Assembly: GCA_016213525.1 (NCBI GenBank)
Contig: JACRAE010000005.1
Location: 17,405-81,404, forward strand
Direction of reading: 5' to 3'
Length of the DNA stretch: 64,000 nt
DNA from: Candidatus Aenigmatarchaeota archaeon
Lineage (GTDB): Archaea; Aenigmatarchaeota; Aenigmatarchaeia; CG10238-14; SCSR01
The notes under the pieces are model-generated. The model did no database searches. It was given only the letters and a program-made list of their open reading frames with translations, and had not been told where the DNA came from. Position 1 is the stretch's first letter. Every line of letters begins with the position of its first letter. Both the position numbers and the translations under genes were made by a program. This document shows positions 18,247-27,361 of this stretch, piece by piece.

Positions 18247-18783
18247 ATGGAAAACACGGAGAACGGCGTCCGTTACAGGGCTTCCGCCAGGGCGTTCGTC
18301 GGGAACTACGTCCTTGCGGCTGGCTTGGTCGTGCTGTCGTTCCTTGTAGGGTCCAGGTTTGACCTGGGGGAAAGCCAGATTCTGATCTATGTCCTGTTTT
18401 GGTCGGCTGCTGCGATTCTAGCTTCCGAGTCCCTCGTCCAAGGTATCCTCAAGCAGTACAAGGTGTCCGGGAGCGAGGTGGTGAAGATTGAGGGAGTCTT
18501 GAGGAAGAAGAGGCACTCGATACCGCACCAGAGCGTCGGCCAGGTCAAGGTGTCCAAGGGGATACTCGGCAGGCTCCTGAACTACGGTACGGTAGAGGTT
18601 GAGGGCCAGAACGAGAACAACACCATAGTCATGAGGCACGTCCACGACCCGGACGAGATACGCAGGATAATCAGGCATAAGATTGACTCATACAAGGTGA
18701 CGCCAGGAAAGAGGGCGACGAAGCGCGGGGAGGAGCCGGAAGACGCGGACGAGGACATCGAGGGCGACGCCGAGGAAGAGTAG
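18247..18783 (+). CDS. Membrane protein with a bacterial-type PH (YdbS/YdbT-like) domain
   Basis: Two N-terminal TM spans followed by EGVLRKKRHSIPHQSVGQVKVSKGILGRLLNYGTVEVEG. Confidence 0.6.
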   Translation: MENTENGVRYRASARAFVGNYVLAAGLVVLSFLVGSRFDLGESQILIYVLFWSAAAILASESLVQGILKQYKVSGSEVVKIEGVLRKKRHSIPHQSVGQVKVSKGILGRLLNYGTVEVEGQNENNTIVMRHVHDPDEIRRIIRHKIDSYKVTPGKRATKRGEEPEDADEDIEGDAEEE

Positions 18784-18818
18784 AAATTTTAATAAACAGC
18801 TGCCGCTTAGACTAGTTA

Positions 18819-19700
18819 ATGCCGGTCAACGCTGGTCCCGAGTACGGAATCGCCGAGAGGAGGTTCCAGGAGGCCAAGACGAAGGAGCAGAAGATAGCCG
18901 CCCTTGAGGAGATGATTAGGACCCTGCCTAAGCACAAGGGCACCGACCACATGCTCGCCCAGCTGAGGAAGAGGCTCGCCCGGCTGAGGGACGAGGCCGA
19001 AGCAGCGTCGAAGTCTGGCAAGAGCACCGGAGTCGGCCTGAGGAAGGAGGGCGCGGCGCAGGTGTGCATGATAGGTCCCACCCAGTCCGGCAAGAGCACG
19101 CTCCTGAACTCCCTGTCCAACGCCCAGGTAAAGGTGAGCGACCACGCGTTCACGACGAAGAAGCCCAACGTGGGCATGATGTTCTATGGGGACGTCCCGA
19201 TACAGGTGATAGAGATACCGTCGACCTTCGACGCTCAGTACCTTTCGATAGCCAGGACCTGCGATTTGATACTCGTCCTGCTGGACTCGACTCAGGACGT
19301 GACGAAGCAGGAGGCGGCCATAAAGAAGCTCCTGGACGACAAGGCGATAACGGTGCAGACGATTTTTGTGAGGAACAAGCGCTTCGTCGAGAGGTCGAAG
19401 TACATCAACGTGTCGGCGAAGGACGGGTTCGGCCTGGACGGCCTGAAGGACCTTATATGGAAGAAGCTGAACCTGATACGCGTCTACACCAAGTCCCCGA
19501 ACGGCAAGAAGCAGCTCCCGCCGGTCGCCATGAGGCCCGGTTCCACGGTGAGGCAGCTCACGTCAAACATACACAAGGAATTCCTGAAGACGTTCATGTT
19601 CGCCAGGGTCTTCAACGAGACCAAGTACAGCGGCCAGAAGGTCGGGCTGGACTACGTGCTGAAGGACATGGACGTAGTCGAGATACACACCGAGATCTAG
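18819..19700 (+). CDS. DRG-family GTPase with a C-terminal TGS domain
   Basis: N-terminal helical KHKGTDHMLAQLRKRLA, P-loop GPTQSGKST, TGS-like C-terminus ...YVLKDMDVVEIHT. Confidence 0.85.
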   Translation: MPVNAGPEYGIAERRFQEAKTKEQKIAALEEMIRTLPKHKGTDHMLAQLRKRLARLRDEAEAASKSGKSTGVGLRKEGAAQVCMIGPTQSGKSTLLNSLSNAQVKVSDHAFTTKKPNVGMMFYGDVPIQVIEIPSTFDAQYLSIARTCDLILVLLDSTQDVTKQEAAIKKLLDDKAITVQTIFVRNKRFVERSKYINVSAKDGFGLDGLKDLIWKKLNLIRVYTKSPNGKKQLPPVAMRPGSTVRQLTSNIHKEFLKTFMFARVFNETKYSGQKVGLDYVLKDMDVVEIHTEI

Positions 19701-20128
19701 AGGAAGCTCTGCAGGAAGATCAGCACGCCGAAGTAGCTCAAAGCGAGGCTCAACAGCCACTGAGTGAACGCAATCATCCCGGCCTGCACGGGACCGACCT
19801 TCAGGAGCAGCATCACCAGGAAGCCCCAGACCACGCCGGGCATGACCGATGCCAGGACGAAACCGAGCACGTTCGTCTGGAGCATCGTCGCTATGTCCTG
19901 GCTGTCGTACGCCATCAGCGGGAATATGTACGCCTCGAACACGAAGGCGCTGATTATGACGTTCAGACATGCGACGCCCATGGCCGCCAACAATCCTCCC
20001 TTGGCCCCGACTATCCTTGAGGTCAGGAAAAGAATCATGCCAGATATGACAGTGGTTACTGCGAGGCTCATCACGCCCCCGAAGGTGAACAGAAAGTCTA
20101 TCATCGTTGCTTCTGCCATAAAAAACAA
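19697..20128 (-). CDS. Hypothetical membrane protein (143 aa)
   Basis: 4-5 hydrophobic spans. Confidence 0.5.
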   Translation of the reverse strand: MFFMAEATMIDFLFTFGGVMSLAVTTVISGMILFLTSRIVGAKGGLLAAMGVACLNVIISAFVFEAYIFPLMAYDSQDIATMLQTNVLGFVLASVMPGVVWGFLVMLLLKVGPVQAGMIAFTQWLLSLALSYFGVLIFLQSFL

Positions 20129-20149
20129 TCGCGTTTCCGAATCTTAATG

Positions 20150-22015
20150 TTATCTCTTTTCCGAGAGCCTCTTCACCGTCTTTATGACGAGCTGGGGGTC
20201 CGCCTTGCCGCGAACCTTCGACATGACGATTCCAACGAGCTTGCCCGGGTTCGATTCCGCCTCCGACATGGTCTTCGAGACGACCTCCTCTATCTCCTTC
20301 TCCGTCATCATCTCCAGCTTGAGGTCTCCCATTATCTCGGCTGCCGACTTTTCCGGATGCTTCGCGGCGTACTTCAGGACCTCCGGTATGGCCTCCTTCG
20401 CCAGCATACCCTTCGACACGGCGCCGAACATGTCGAAGAACAGGTCGTCCGGCACCGGACCGATGTCGACGCCTTCCCTTCTCTGGAGATCCTTTGCGAC
20501 CGAGACGAACGTGTTCGCGACCACTGAAGCGTCCGCCCCGCTGCGCCTTATCGACTCCTCGAATATGTCGGCGTGCGGCGACCTCATTATCTCGTTGACC
20601 AAGGAGTCAGACATCTTGTACTGCGACTTGAACCTCGCCGCCTTCTTCGGTATGAGCTCTGGCAGGTTCTGCCTTATCTTCTCAATCAGATCTTCGCTTA
20701 TCGGGACCGGCTGTATGTCAGTTTCAGGGTACATCCTCTTCGAGCCGGGCAGCGGCCTGTTGTACCTGCTTGAGCCGTCAGGGGAGACGCTCCTCGTGCC
20801 CTCCTGCGGACCCTTCAGAAGAATCCTTGCCCTCTCGATTATTTCTTTTGCGACCCTTCCCTTCGTCTTGCCCTCGCCCAGAACAATTATCGCGTCCTCC
20901 TTCCCGACCTTCAGGTGGCGCCTGAGATTCTCGAAGTCCTCGACGAGCCCATACTTTGAGAGGTCCTCGTCCGTGTGGAAGAGTCCCTTCAGGCCGAAAG
21001 CGACCGCCACGTCCGCCATCTCCCTTCCGAGCGTCTTGCCCTCGAACAGTGGCCTCTTCAATAGACCGTCGAATTTCGGGAGCACGACCGAGAATATGTT
21101 GCCCCCACTGTCGAGCGTCGACCTCAGTATCTTGTTCTCCGTTCCGGACAGGAAGTCCGACACGCAGACCGGGTCGTCGTGTATTTTTTTTAGCCCCCTC
21201 CTCTTCAGTTCATCGGCGAGCGAGATGAGCGATATCTGGCGGTTGATCTCGTTCTCCATGGCGACGGACAGCATGCCGAGCTCCTGTATGCCTTTCAGCT
21301 CGTTCCTGGCCCCGCCCCTCACGGAGACGTTGAGGTCCTGCCTTATCGCGCCCATGTTCTTCTTGGCCTTGCCAGTCGAGCGCACTACCATCCCTATCTC
21401 GAATGCTATATCCTCGACGTCCTTGGGCGAGAATCCCTCGAGGAGTCCGGTCGCTATCTCAATCAGGGGAACCCCGAGTCTGCTGAGCCTGTATCTCACT
21501 ATGCCGCCCTCCTCGCCGACTATCGAAGACGCGTCCTCTTCCAGCGACACCTGGTCTATGGGTATCCTCCTTCCGTTATATTCCATGTGCCCGCCCATGC
21601 CCACGACCATAGTCCTCTGGAAGGACGTGGTGTTGCTACCGTCTATCACCGCCTTCCTCATGACGTGCACCTCGTCCGGAATCTTGCAGTTGAGCATTAG
21701 AGACACGGCTATCCCCGTCTCCAGCGCCTCCTGGTTCAACATGTGCGGGGGCTCCTCGTCCATCTCGACTTGGCAGGTCTCGCCGCGGAACGCCTCGTAA
21801 ACAAAAACCCTGTCCCTCATCACCTCGTACTGAGCGGCCACGTCGTACTCGCCGAGCTCGCTCGCCACAGGGTGCTGCTTCCTCACCACTGTCCCGACTG
21901 GCACCTCGCCTCTCATCTGGGTCGAGCAGCCGCAGAACAGCTTCTCCCTCGTGTTGAGCTGGTTGTGCACCTCTATGCCGGCCTTCAGGCCCAGATCTTC
22001 TTTGTCGGCGCTCAT
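20150..22015 (-). CDS. gatE: Glu-tRNA(Gln) amidotransferase subunit E
   Basis: 621 aa. N-terminus GLKAGIEVHNQLNTREKLFCGC, with family-typical length and C-terminal helical domain. Confidence 0.9.
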   Translation of the reverse strand: MSADKEDLGLKAGIEVHNQLNTREKLFCGCSTQMRGEVPVGTVVRKQHPVASELGEYDVAAQYEVMRDRVFVYEAFRGETCQVEMDEEPPHMLNQEALETGIAVSLMLNCKIPDEVHVMRKAVIDGSNTTSFQRTMVVGMGGHMEYNGRRIPIDQVSLEEDASSIVGEEGGIVRYRLSRLGVPLIEIATGLLEGFSPKDVEDIAFEIGMVVRSTGKAKKNMGAIRQDLNVSVRGGARNELKGIQELGMLSVAMENEINRQISLISLADELKRRGLKKIHDDPVCVSDFLSGTENKILRSTLDSGGNIFSVVLPKFDGLLKRPLFEGKTLGREMADVAVAFGLKGLFHTDEDLSKYGLVEDFENLRRHLKVGKEDAIIVLGEGKTKGRVAKEIIERARILLKGPQEGTRSVSPDGSSRYNRPLPGSKRMYPETDIQPVPISEDLIEKIRQNLPELIPKKAARFKSQYKMSDSLVNEIMRSPHADIFEESIRRSGADASVVANTFVSVAKDLQRREGVDIGPVPDDLFFDMFGAVSKGMLAKEAIPEVLKYAAKHPEKSAAEIMGDLKLEMMTEKEIEEVVSKTMSEAESNPGKLVGIVMSKVRGKADPQLVIKTVKRLSEKR

Positions 22016-22578
22016 TTTCTAACCATTTCCCTTATCTCCTCGAAAACTTCTCTGATTTCGGGGGTCTTAATCTTCATGTCGGCGGTCTTCAGGAATACAG
22101 TCAAGTCATCGCCCGTCCTGTCCCGGTACTCGAGAAGCTGCACGCAGTAGTCTAGTATGTCGAGATCCTTCACCAAAACGGACTCCGGAGTTTTCCTCTC
22201 CTCATATTCCCTCCATAAGTCCAGGAACTCCCCGGCGGAGTCGGCCGGCAGCTTCGATATGATTCTCCTCGTGGCGTCGTCACCCAACCTTTTTTTCTCT
22301 TCGTTGCTCACTGTCTGGTCCCTCTCATCGAGCCTCGTCGCTATGTCGCCCGTGTAGACCTCGCCGATGTCGTGCACAATTGCCATCTTGATGCATTTGT
22401 CGGCGTTGAGTCCGAGCCTCTTGGCGAAAACCATTGCGAGCATGGCAGTGCTGAACGAGTGGTCCGCCACGCTCTCCGGCTCCTCGACGCCGGTTATTAC
22501 CCAACCAGATCTTTCGATGTCCTTCAGCTTGATTACCTCACGGAGAAATTCCAGTTCGCCCGACAAAGAATCACTCAC
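22012..22578 (-). CDS. HD-domain phosphohydrolase (YfbR/HDDC2-like)
   Basis: The GTG start overlaps the gatD TGA (GTGA), and the stop overlaps the gatE ATG (ATGA). H..HD..D pattern ESVADHS, AIVHDIGE, KDLDILD. The upstream part of the 360-aa track ORF overlaps gatD out of frame and is rejected. Confidence 0.75.
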   Translation of the reverse strand: MSDSLSGELEFLREVIKLKDIERSGWVITGVEEPESVADHSFSTAMLAMVFAKRLGLNADKCIKMAIVHDIGEVYTGDIATRLDERDQTVSNEEKKRLGDDATRRIISKLPADSAGEFLDLWREYEERKTPESVLVKDLDILDYCVQLLEYRDRTGDDLTVFLKTADMKIKTPEIREVFEEIREMVRK

Positions 22579-23921
22579 ACCAGGAACGAGGACGGCTCTA
22601 TGTCCTTCGACAGTTCGCCCGCGAAGTTGGTCGACATCATCTCCCTCACCTTGTCCATGTCCTTCGTGTGGCCGAGGACCCACATCAGCTTCACCAGAGC
22701 CGTCTCCGGAAGCCAGTCCGCCCCGTCTCCTATCACGCCGGCCTGCTTCAGGAGCCTGCCGGCACTGTAGACATTCAAGTCGAGCCTGCCGTAGATTGTC
22801 TGGGGCGCCATGACCACAGGGACGCCGGAGTCTACGAGGCTCCTGACAGCCGGCACCACGCTCTGCGCGAACTTCTCGTTCGACGGGTTCGTCGGGACGT
22901 GACCCAGCCCCGTGCCGGAGAGGACGACGCCGTCGAAGAACTTCTTCGAGGCCTCGATGAGCTCGGGCTTTATCCCGGGATGTATCTGGATGAGCCCCAC
23001 GTCGGGGTTCATCTTGTCGTCGAGCCTGATTTTCCTGCCGGACCTCTTCGAATAATCTGACCTGAGGTATTCCACCTTCGCGTCGGAGAACCACAGCTTC
23101 GCGTAGGGCAGGGTGTTTATCGAGCGGAAAGCGTCCCTCCTGCTGGTGTGCATCTTCCTGACCTTGTTCCCCTGGTGCAGGTAGCAGTAGTCGTCGTTGC
23201 TCGTCGCGTGCATGCAGACCGAGACCTCGGCCACGTCGGAGTGCGCCGCCGCGTTGGTAGCGCAGACCAGGTTCATAAGGTTGTCGCTGCTGCCCCTGTC
23301 GCTGCTCCTCTGCGCGCCCACGACAACGACGGGGGCCGGCAGGCTTTGGAGCATGAAGCTCAGGGCCGCGGCGGTGTAGTTCATTGTGTCCGTGCCGTGC
23401 ATGAGGACGACGCCGTCGGCGCCGGACTCAATCTCCCTCGCCGATTCCTTGGCAATAATCTTCCAGTGCTCCGGCGTCATGTCCTCAGAGAAAAGCCTGA
23501 AGAGCTCGCGCCCTTTGACGTTGGCTATCCCCTTCAGCTGGGGGAAGGACTTCAGGAGGTCACCTGGAGAGAACTCTGGGAAAACCGCACCGGTGTCGTA
23601 CTCGACCCTAGAGGCTATGGTGCCGCCCGCCCCCATTATGGAGACTAGCGGCTTCTTCGAGTCGTGCTGGGCCTCCACAACCGCGTGCCTGTGCGACACC
23701 GCCTTCCCCTTGCCTAAAAATTCAATCTCGACGCCCTTTCCGTACCTGATGCCCACATTGTACCCGTTGTCCTGCTTTATCACGAGGGACGACGTGTCTG
23801 AGAGCTCTATCCTAGGGAGGAGCATCCCCTCGACGGTGAAGCCGTCCTTGGTGACGCCGACCCTGTCACCCACAGATATTTTTTTCGCCTTCAGGGCCCT
23901 GTCTATGTCCAGAGAATACAT
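22575..23921 (-). CDS. gatD: Glu-tRNA(Gln) amidotransferase subunit D (asparaginase-like)
   Basis: 448 aa. GAGGTIASRVEYDTGAV and HGTDTM asparaginase-type motifs. Confidence 0.9.
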   Translation of the reverse strand: MYSLDIDRALKAKKISVGDRVGVTKDGFTVEGMLLPRIELSDTSSLVIKQDNGYNVGIRYGKGVEIEFLGKGKAVSHRHAVVEAQHDSKKPLVSIMGAGGTIASRVEYDTGAVFPEFSPGDLLKSFPQLKGIANVKGRELFRLFSEDMTPEHWKIIAKESAREIESGADGVVLMHGTDTMNYTAAALSFMLQSLPAPVVVVGAQRSSDRGSSDNLMNLVCATNAAAHSDVAEVSVCMHATSNDDYCYLHQGNKVRKMHTSRRDAFRSINTLPYAKLWFSDAKVEYLRSDYSKRSGRKIRLDDKMNPDVGLIQIHPGIKPELIEASKKFFDGVVLSGTGLGHVPTNPSNEKFAQSVVPAVRSLVDSGVPVVMAPQTIYGRLDLNVYSAGRLLKQAGVIGDGADWLPETALVKLMWVLGHTKDMDKVREMMSTNFAGELSKDIEPSSFLV

Positions 23922-23956
23922 TTTCCTCTAACAAATGTTTGTAGCCGATGCTTTAA

Positions 23957-25099
23957 TCACTTTGCGAACATTATTTCGACCACGTCGTTGTTCCTGAGCT
24001 CGTAGTCCGCCGCCAGCCTCTTCTTGGTCTTCGCGTCCACGCCGGCTATGAACTTCTCGCCCAGAGAGGTGTGTATCTTGAACGCCAGCTCCTTGACGGT
24101 GGTCCCCCTCGGCACGAGGTGCACGTCGGGCAGCACGTTGCCCTCCTTGTCGGACATCTTGTTGACGTTCGCCACCGGGTAGACCGCTATGCAGTCCATT
24201 GTCTCGAATACCGCCTTGTTTATGCAGTCCTGAACGCCGGTCGAGCCGTACAGGTCCAGGACCTTCTGCTTGATTATTTCCAGCGCGTGCCTCTGCCTGT
24301 CGTCGAGACTGCCGACAATCTCGAAGCCGCCGCCCGGAAGGTATTTTATCATCCCCTTCTCCGCAGCCTTCTTGAGGACTATCTCGGCCTCCGCGGACGA
24401 GGGGACGGCAGACACCTCTCCCCTCAATTTTCTCGAGTTCTCCCTCGCCGACTCCACATCGCACTTATTGGCGGCTATGATTATCGGCTTCGACTTCATC
24501 CTGAGGGCCGTTGCGAACTCGGTCGAGATAGGATTCTCGTGCTCTAGGAGCGCCGCCTCTATCTCGGGCTTCGAGATCTCCAGACCGCTGAGCTGGTCGG
24601 AGAGCACTTGGACGACCTCTTCCTGCGTCTTCGCCTTCGAGAGCTTTGGGCCGGCCTTCTCCAGGATTGAGTGCATCCACCAGTCTATCTCCCTCTCCAA
24701 AAATTCCACGTCCCTCATGGGCTCGTGGCCCGACGTAGGGTTGCCCTCCTCGTCCGTCTGGCCCGACGCGTCGACGACGTGTATCAACACCGAAGCCTGG
24801 CGTAGGTCGTCGAGGAACTTGTTCCCCAGCCCCTTTCCCTCATGCGCGCCGGGGACGAGGCCGGCGACGTCGACCATCCTTACCGGCACGAACCTCTTCC
24901 CGTCCTTGCAGTGGCCGCTCTTCGGGCTGCATTTCAGTCCGAACTCCTTCTCGACGCAGTCGATTATTGCATATCCTATTCCCATGTTCGGCTGTATCGT
25001 CGTGAACGGTACGGGCGATATCTTGACGTCGATCATCGTCGCCGCCTTGAAGAACGAGCTTTTACCGGAAGACGGTTTCCCAACGAGCCCTATGATCAT
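23957..25099 (-). CDS. Obg/YchF-like GTPase/ATPase with a C-terminal TGS domain
   Basis: P-loop GKPSSGKSS, DVAGLV, NKCD, TGS-like end ...YELRNNDVVEIMFAK. Confidence 0.8.
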   Translation of the reverse strand: MIIGLVGKPSSGKSSFFKAATMIDVKISPVPFTTIQPNMGIGYAIIDCVEKEFGLKCSPKSGHCKDGKRFVPVRMVDVAGLVPGAHEGKGLGNKFLDDLRQASVLIHVVDASGQTDEEGNPTSGHEPMRDVEFLEREIDWWMHSILEKAGPKLSKAKTQEEVVQVLSDQLSGLEISKPEIEAALLEHENPISTEFATALRMKSKPIIIAANKCDVESARENSRKLRGEVSAVPSSAEAEIVLKKAAEKGMIKYLPGGGFEIVGSLDDRQRHALEIIKQKVLDLYGSTGVQDCINKAVFETMDCIAVYPVANVNKMSDKEGNVLPDVHLVPRGTTVKELAFKIHTSLGEKFIAGVDAKTKKRLAADYELRNNDVVEIMFAK

Positions 25100-25134
25100 T
25101 TTTGTTCACCGCAGAATAACACAGGTTAATCCGT

Positions 25135-25653
25135 CTAGGCCCTGTTCTTTACCCTCTTCTTGATCTTCTCGAGCATCGGCTCCTTCTCGCCGACCAGCTT
25201 GAGGTACGCGAAGTCGGGGTGTATGCCCGAGCTGTTCGTTATGTTGACCTCGACGTGCTTTATCCCGGCCTCGGACCGTATCTGGTTGTTGATGAACGCC
25301 TCAAGATTGGCAAAGTCCTCCGCCACCAGGGACAGTATGAGGTTGTGGTTGCCCGAGGCGCGCATTATCCTGAGAACCCTCGGGGAGTTCGAGAGCCTCT
25401 TAATCAACGAGTCGACCGTGTCCTGGTCCGCCTCTATGCCGACGGCCGCCCCCACCGGATAGAGCTCCTGGATGTTTATCAAAATAGTGGGCTTGATTAT
25501 CCTGTTCTTAATCAACCTGTCAATCCTCTCCTTTATCGCCGCTGGGGTGACGCCGAGGTCGTTGGCGAGCTTCGTATATTTCACCCTCCCGTCCTTAATC
25601 ATCTCGGAAATGATGTATTTGTTCACTTCGTCTAAATTATTTTTAGTTTTCAT
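25135..25653 (-). CDS. Lrp/AsnC-family transcriptional regulator
   Basis: HTH ...GRVKYTKLANDLGVTPAAIKERIDRL followed by a RAM-like C-terminal domain. Confidence 0.85.
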   Translation of the reverse strand: MKTKNNLDEVNKYIISEMIKDGRVKYTKLANDLGVTPAAIKERIDRLIKNRIIKPTILINIQELYPVGAAVGIEADQDTVDSLIKRLSNSPRVLRIMRASGNHNLILSLVAEDFANLEAFINNQIRSEAGIKHVEVNITNSSGIHPDFAYLKLVGEKEPMLEKIKKRVKNRA

Positions 25654-25836
25654 GCCCTCAACACGTTTTTTTAATTCTTTAAGGCATATAAGCTTTATTC
25701 TTTGAAAATATGGCAGGAAGCCGTGTTTTATATAAATAATTTATGATTTCGGCCCAAAATCACCATTTTTCTTAGGCAACCCATATATAGTCCGTTCCGG
25801 CATTAGGACAGTAGATGGATTCGGAGATGGAAGAAA

Positions 25837-26385
25837 ATGATATACAAGAACAACGAGACGACGATATGCCGTCTATGCCTGGAGCCGGTGACGAACTTCA
25901 TCTGCACCGACTGCCTGTTTGACAACATCCAGAAATGGGTTTCGGCCAACTCGACAAACCCGTTCCAGGTGAGGATTCTCCTGAGGGGGAAGCACTCCGA
26001 CGTGAGGAGGGTGCTCTCCAACGACGCGAACCGTGGCTTTTGTGTTTCCTGCAAGAGCGAGGTGGACGAGATCGCCTGCCCGTGCTGCTACCTTTACGAG
26101 ATGGGGACCGCGATAAAATCGATCGAGCCCGGGCTGGTCAAGGGCTTCGAGCGCGACTTCAACTTTGACGTCATAGTTCACCACAACATGTCGCAGGTCA
26201 GTCTCTGGGAGTCGATGCACGGCAGGATTCTCGCCTCCCGCTCCTTTAGGCCCATACTGATAACGGACAAGAGGAGGGGCACCGATTTGAACTCATGCGA
26301 AAGTTGCGAGGTTGACTCCGAGGAGCTGGCCGACGTTGGGGGCCACTGGCTCTGCGAGTCCTGCCGCGACGAAGCGCCCGAATAG
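25837..26385 (+). CDS. Cys-rich protein with three zinc-ribbon-like knuckle pairs
   Basis: CRLC..x8..CTDC; CVSC..x9..CPCC; CESC..x16..CESC. Confidence 0.55.
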   Translation: MIYKNNETTICRLCLEPVTNFICTDCLFDNIQKWVSANSTNPFQVRILLRGKHSDVRRVLSNDANRGFCVSCKSEVDEIACPCCYLYEMGTAIKSIEPGLVKGFERDFNFDVIVHHNMSQVSLWESMHGRILASRSFRPILITDKRRGTDLNSCESCEVDSEELADVGGHWLCESCRDEAPE

Positions 26386-26418
26386 GATTTTCCGGCGGAA
26401 CGACGTCCTGTCTAGGGT

Positions 26419-26835
26419 CTAGAATGGGTTTCTCGACTTCGCCATCTCGAGGAGCTGCTTCACCATCTTCTCGATTTGGACGAGCCTCTCGTTGAGGTTC
26501 TCGTTCTGCAGCCTTATGCTGTCCACCTGGGTCATCATGAGGTCGATCTTCGCCTTCATGTTCTCCTGAGACGCGAACTGGTTCTGGTGCGCCTGCGACG
26601 GCTGCGGAAGCGGGGGCAGGGGGGCGGAGCCGTATCCCTGCGACGGATAATTTTGAGGCGGGTAGTTCTGAGGTAGCTGCTGCTCGTCGTACGACATCTT
26701 CTGGTCGGGGCCGAAGACGGGCTTGTTCATGCCAAGCGACGAGGAATAGTCGCCCGGGCCGGAGTCGACTGACGTGTCGTCCGCCTTCTTCTTCAAAAAG
26801 TTCAAGTTGACGCCGTCGAACAGTCCCATAATCAT
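26419..26835 (-). CDS. Hypothetical protein: amphipathic N-terminus, P/Q/Y-rich linker, C-terminal coiled coil
   Basis: 138 aa. ATGA overlap with the upstream gene. MIMGLFDGVNLNFLKKK ... QNYPPQNYPSQGYG ... KIDLMMTQVDSIRLQNENLNERLVQIEKMVKQLLE. Confidence 0.65.
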   Translation of the reverse strand: MIMGLFDGVNLNFLKKKADDTSVDSGPGDYSSSLGMNKPVFGPDQKMSYDEQQLPQNYPPQNYPSQGYGSAPLPPLPQPSQAHQNQFASQENMKAKIDLMMTQVDSIRLQNENLNERLVQIEKMVKQLLEMAKSRNPF

Positions 26836-27356
26836 GGTATTGGTACGGATGGTATTTTAAGCGTTGTCCTTATCTCGTCCACCAGCCTGTCTATCCTCCT
26901 CTTGTGCCATTCGAGGTAGCGCCTCCTCCTCGGCTGGTAGTAGCCCGCCATGTACGGGAAGAAGAAAAGAGGGAACAGAAACTTGTTTATCGGGTTGCCT
27001 AGAAAACCGTCGAACTTCGTCTCGAGCCACCCGTGTATCTCTATCCTCAGGACGCCGTCCTTCGTCGGGTCCGTCGGCTGAGATCCCTGCATCTTGATGT
27101 CCACCCTGAAGCTGGTGAGCTTGTCTATGCCCTTGTCCACGAAGAGGTGGATGAAGAACGGCCTCGGGTCGGCGGTTATGTCCCACCTGAAGTCCGGCTC
27201 GAACATGTTCGTCCCCTTGACCTCCCATATAGTCTTCATCAGCTGGTCCAGCCTGTGGTAGACGGCCATCGGGTTCGGACCCTTATAGTCTATTTGTATG
27301 TACTCCCTCGGCGCAGGTATCTCGTCTCTGATTACATTCGAGAGGCGGAGGTCCAC
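26832..27356 (-). CDS. Hypothetical protein, tandem paralogue (174 aa)
   Basis: Shares YKGPNP/YTGPNP, DFRWD/DFKWD and a C-terminal basic helix with 27362-27889. Confidence 0.7.
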   Translation of the reverse strand: MDLRLSNVIRDEIPAPREYIQIDYKGPNPMAVYHRLDQLMKTIWEVKGTNMFEPDFRWDITADPRPFFIHLFVDKGIDKLTSFRVDIKMQGSQPTDPTKDGVLRIEIHGWLETKFDGFLGNPINKFLFPLFFFPYMAGYYQPRRRRYLEWHKRRIDRLVDEIRTTLKIPSVPIP

Positions 27357-27361
27357 TCATC

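Noticed and set aside
20184-21800. 538-aa ORF antisense to gatE. Similar long antisense ORFs occur at 13263-14492, 48591-49808, 49516-50403, 5137-5838, 24270-25163 and elsewhere
   Set aside because: These are Ser/Pro/Arg/Leu-rich shadow ORFs of the kind expected opposite GC-rich genes. The partner strand in each case encodes a protein with clear family motifs.
22579-23094. N-terminal extension of the 360-aa track ORF (HD-domain gene) overlapping gatD
   Set aside because: The extension is Arg/Gly/Glu-rich low-complexity translation in a frame overlapping gatD. A GTG at 22578 overlapping the gatD stop gives a normal-length HD protein.
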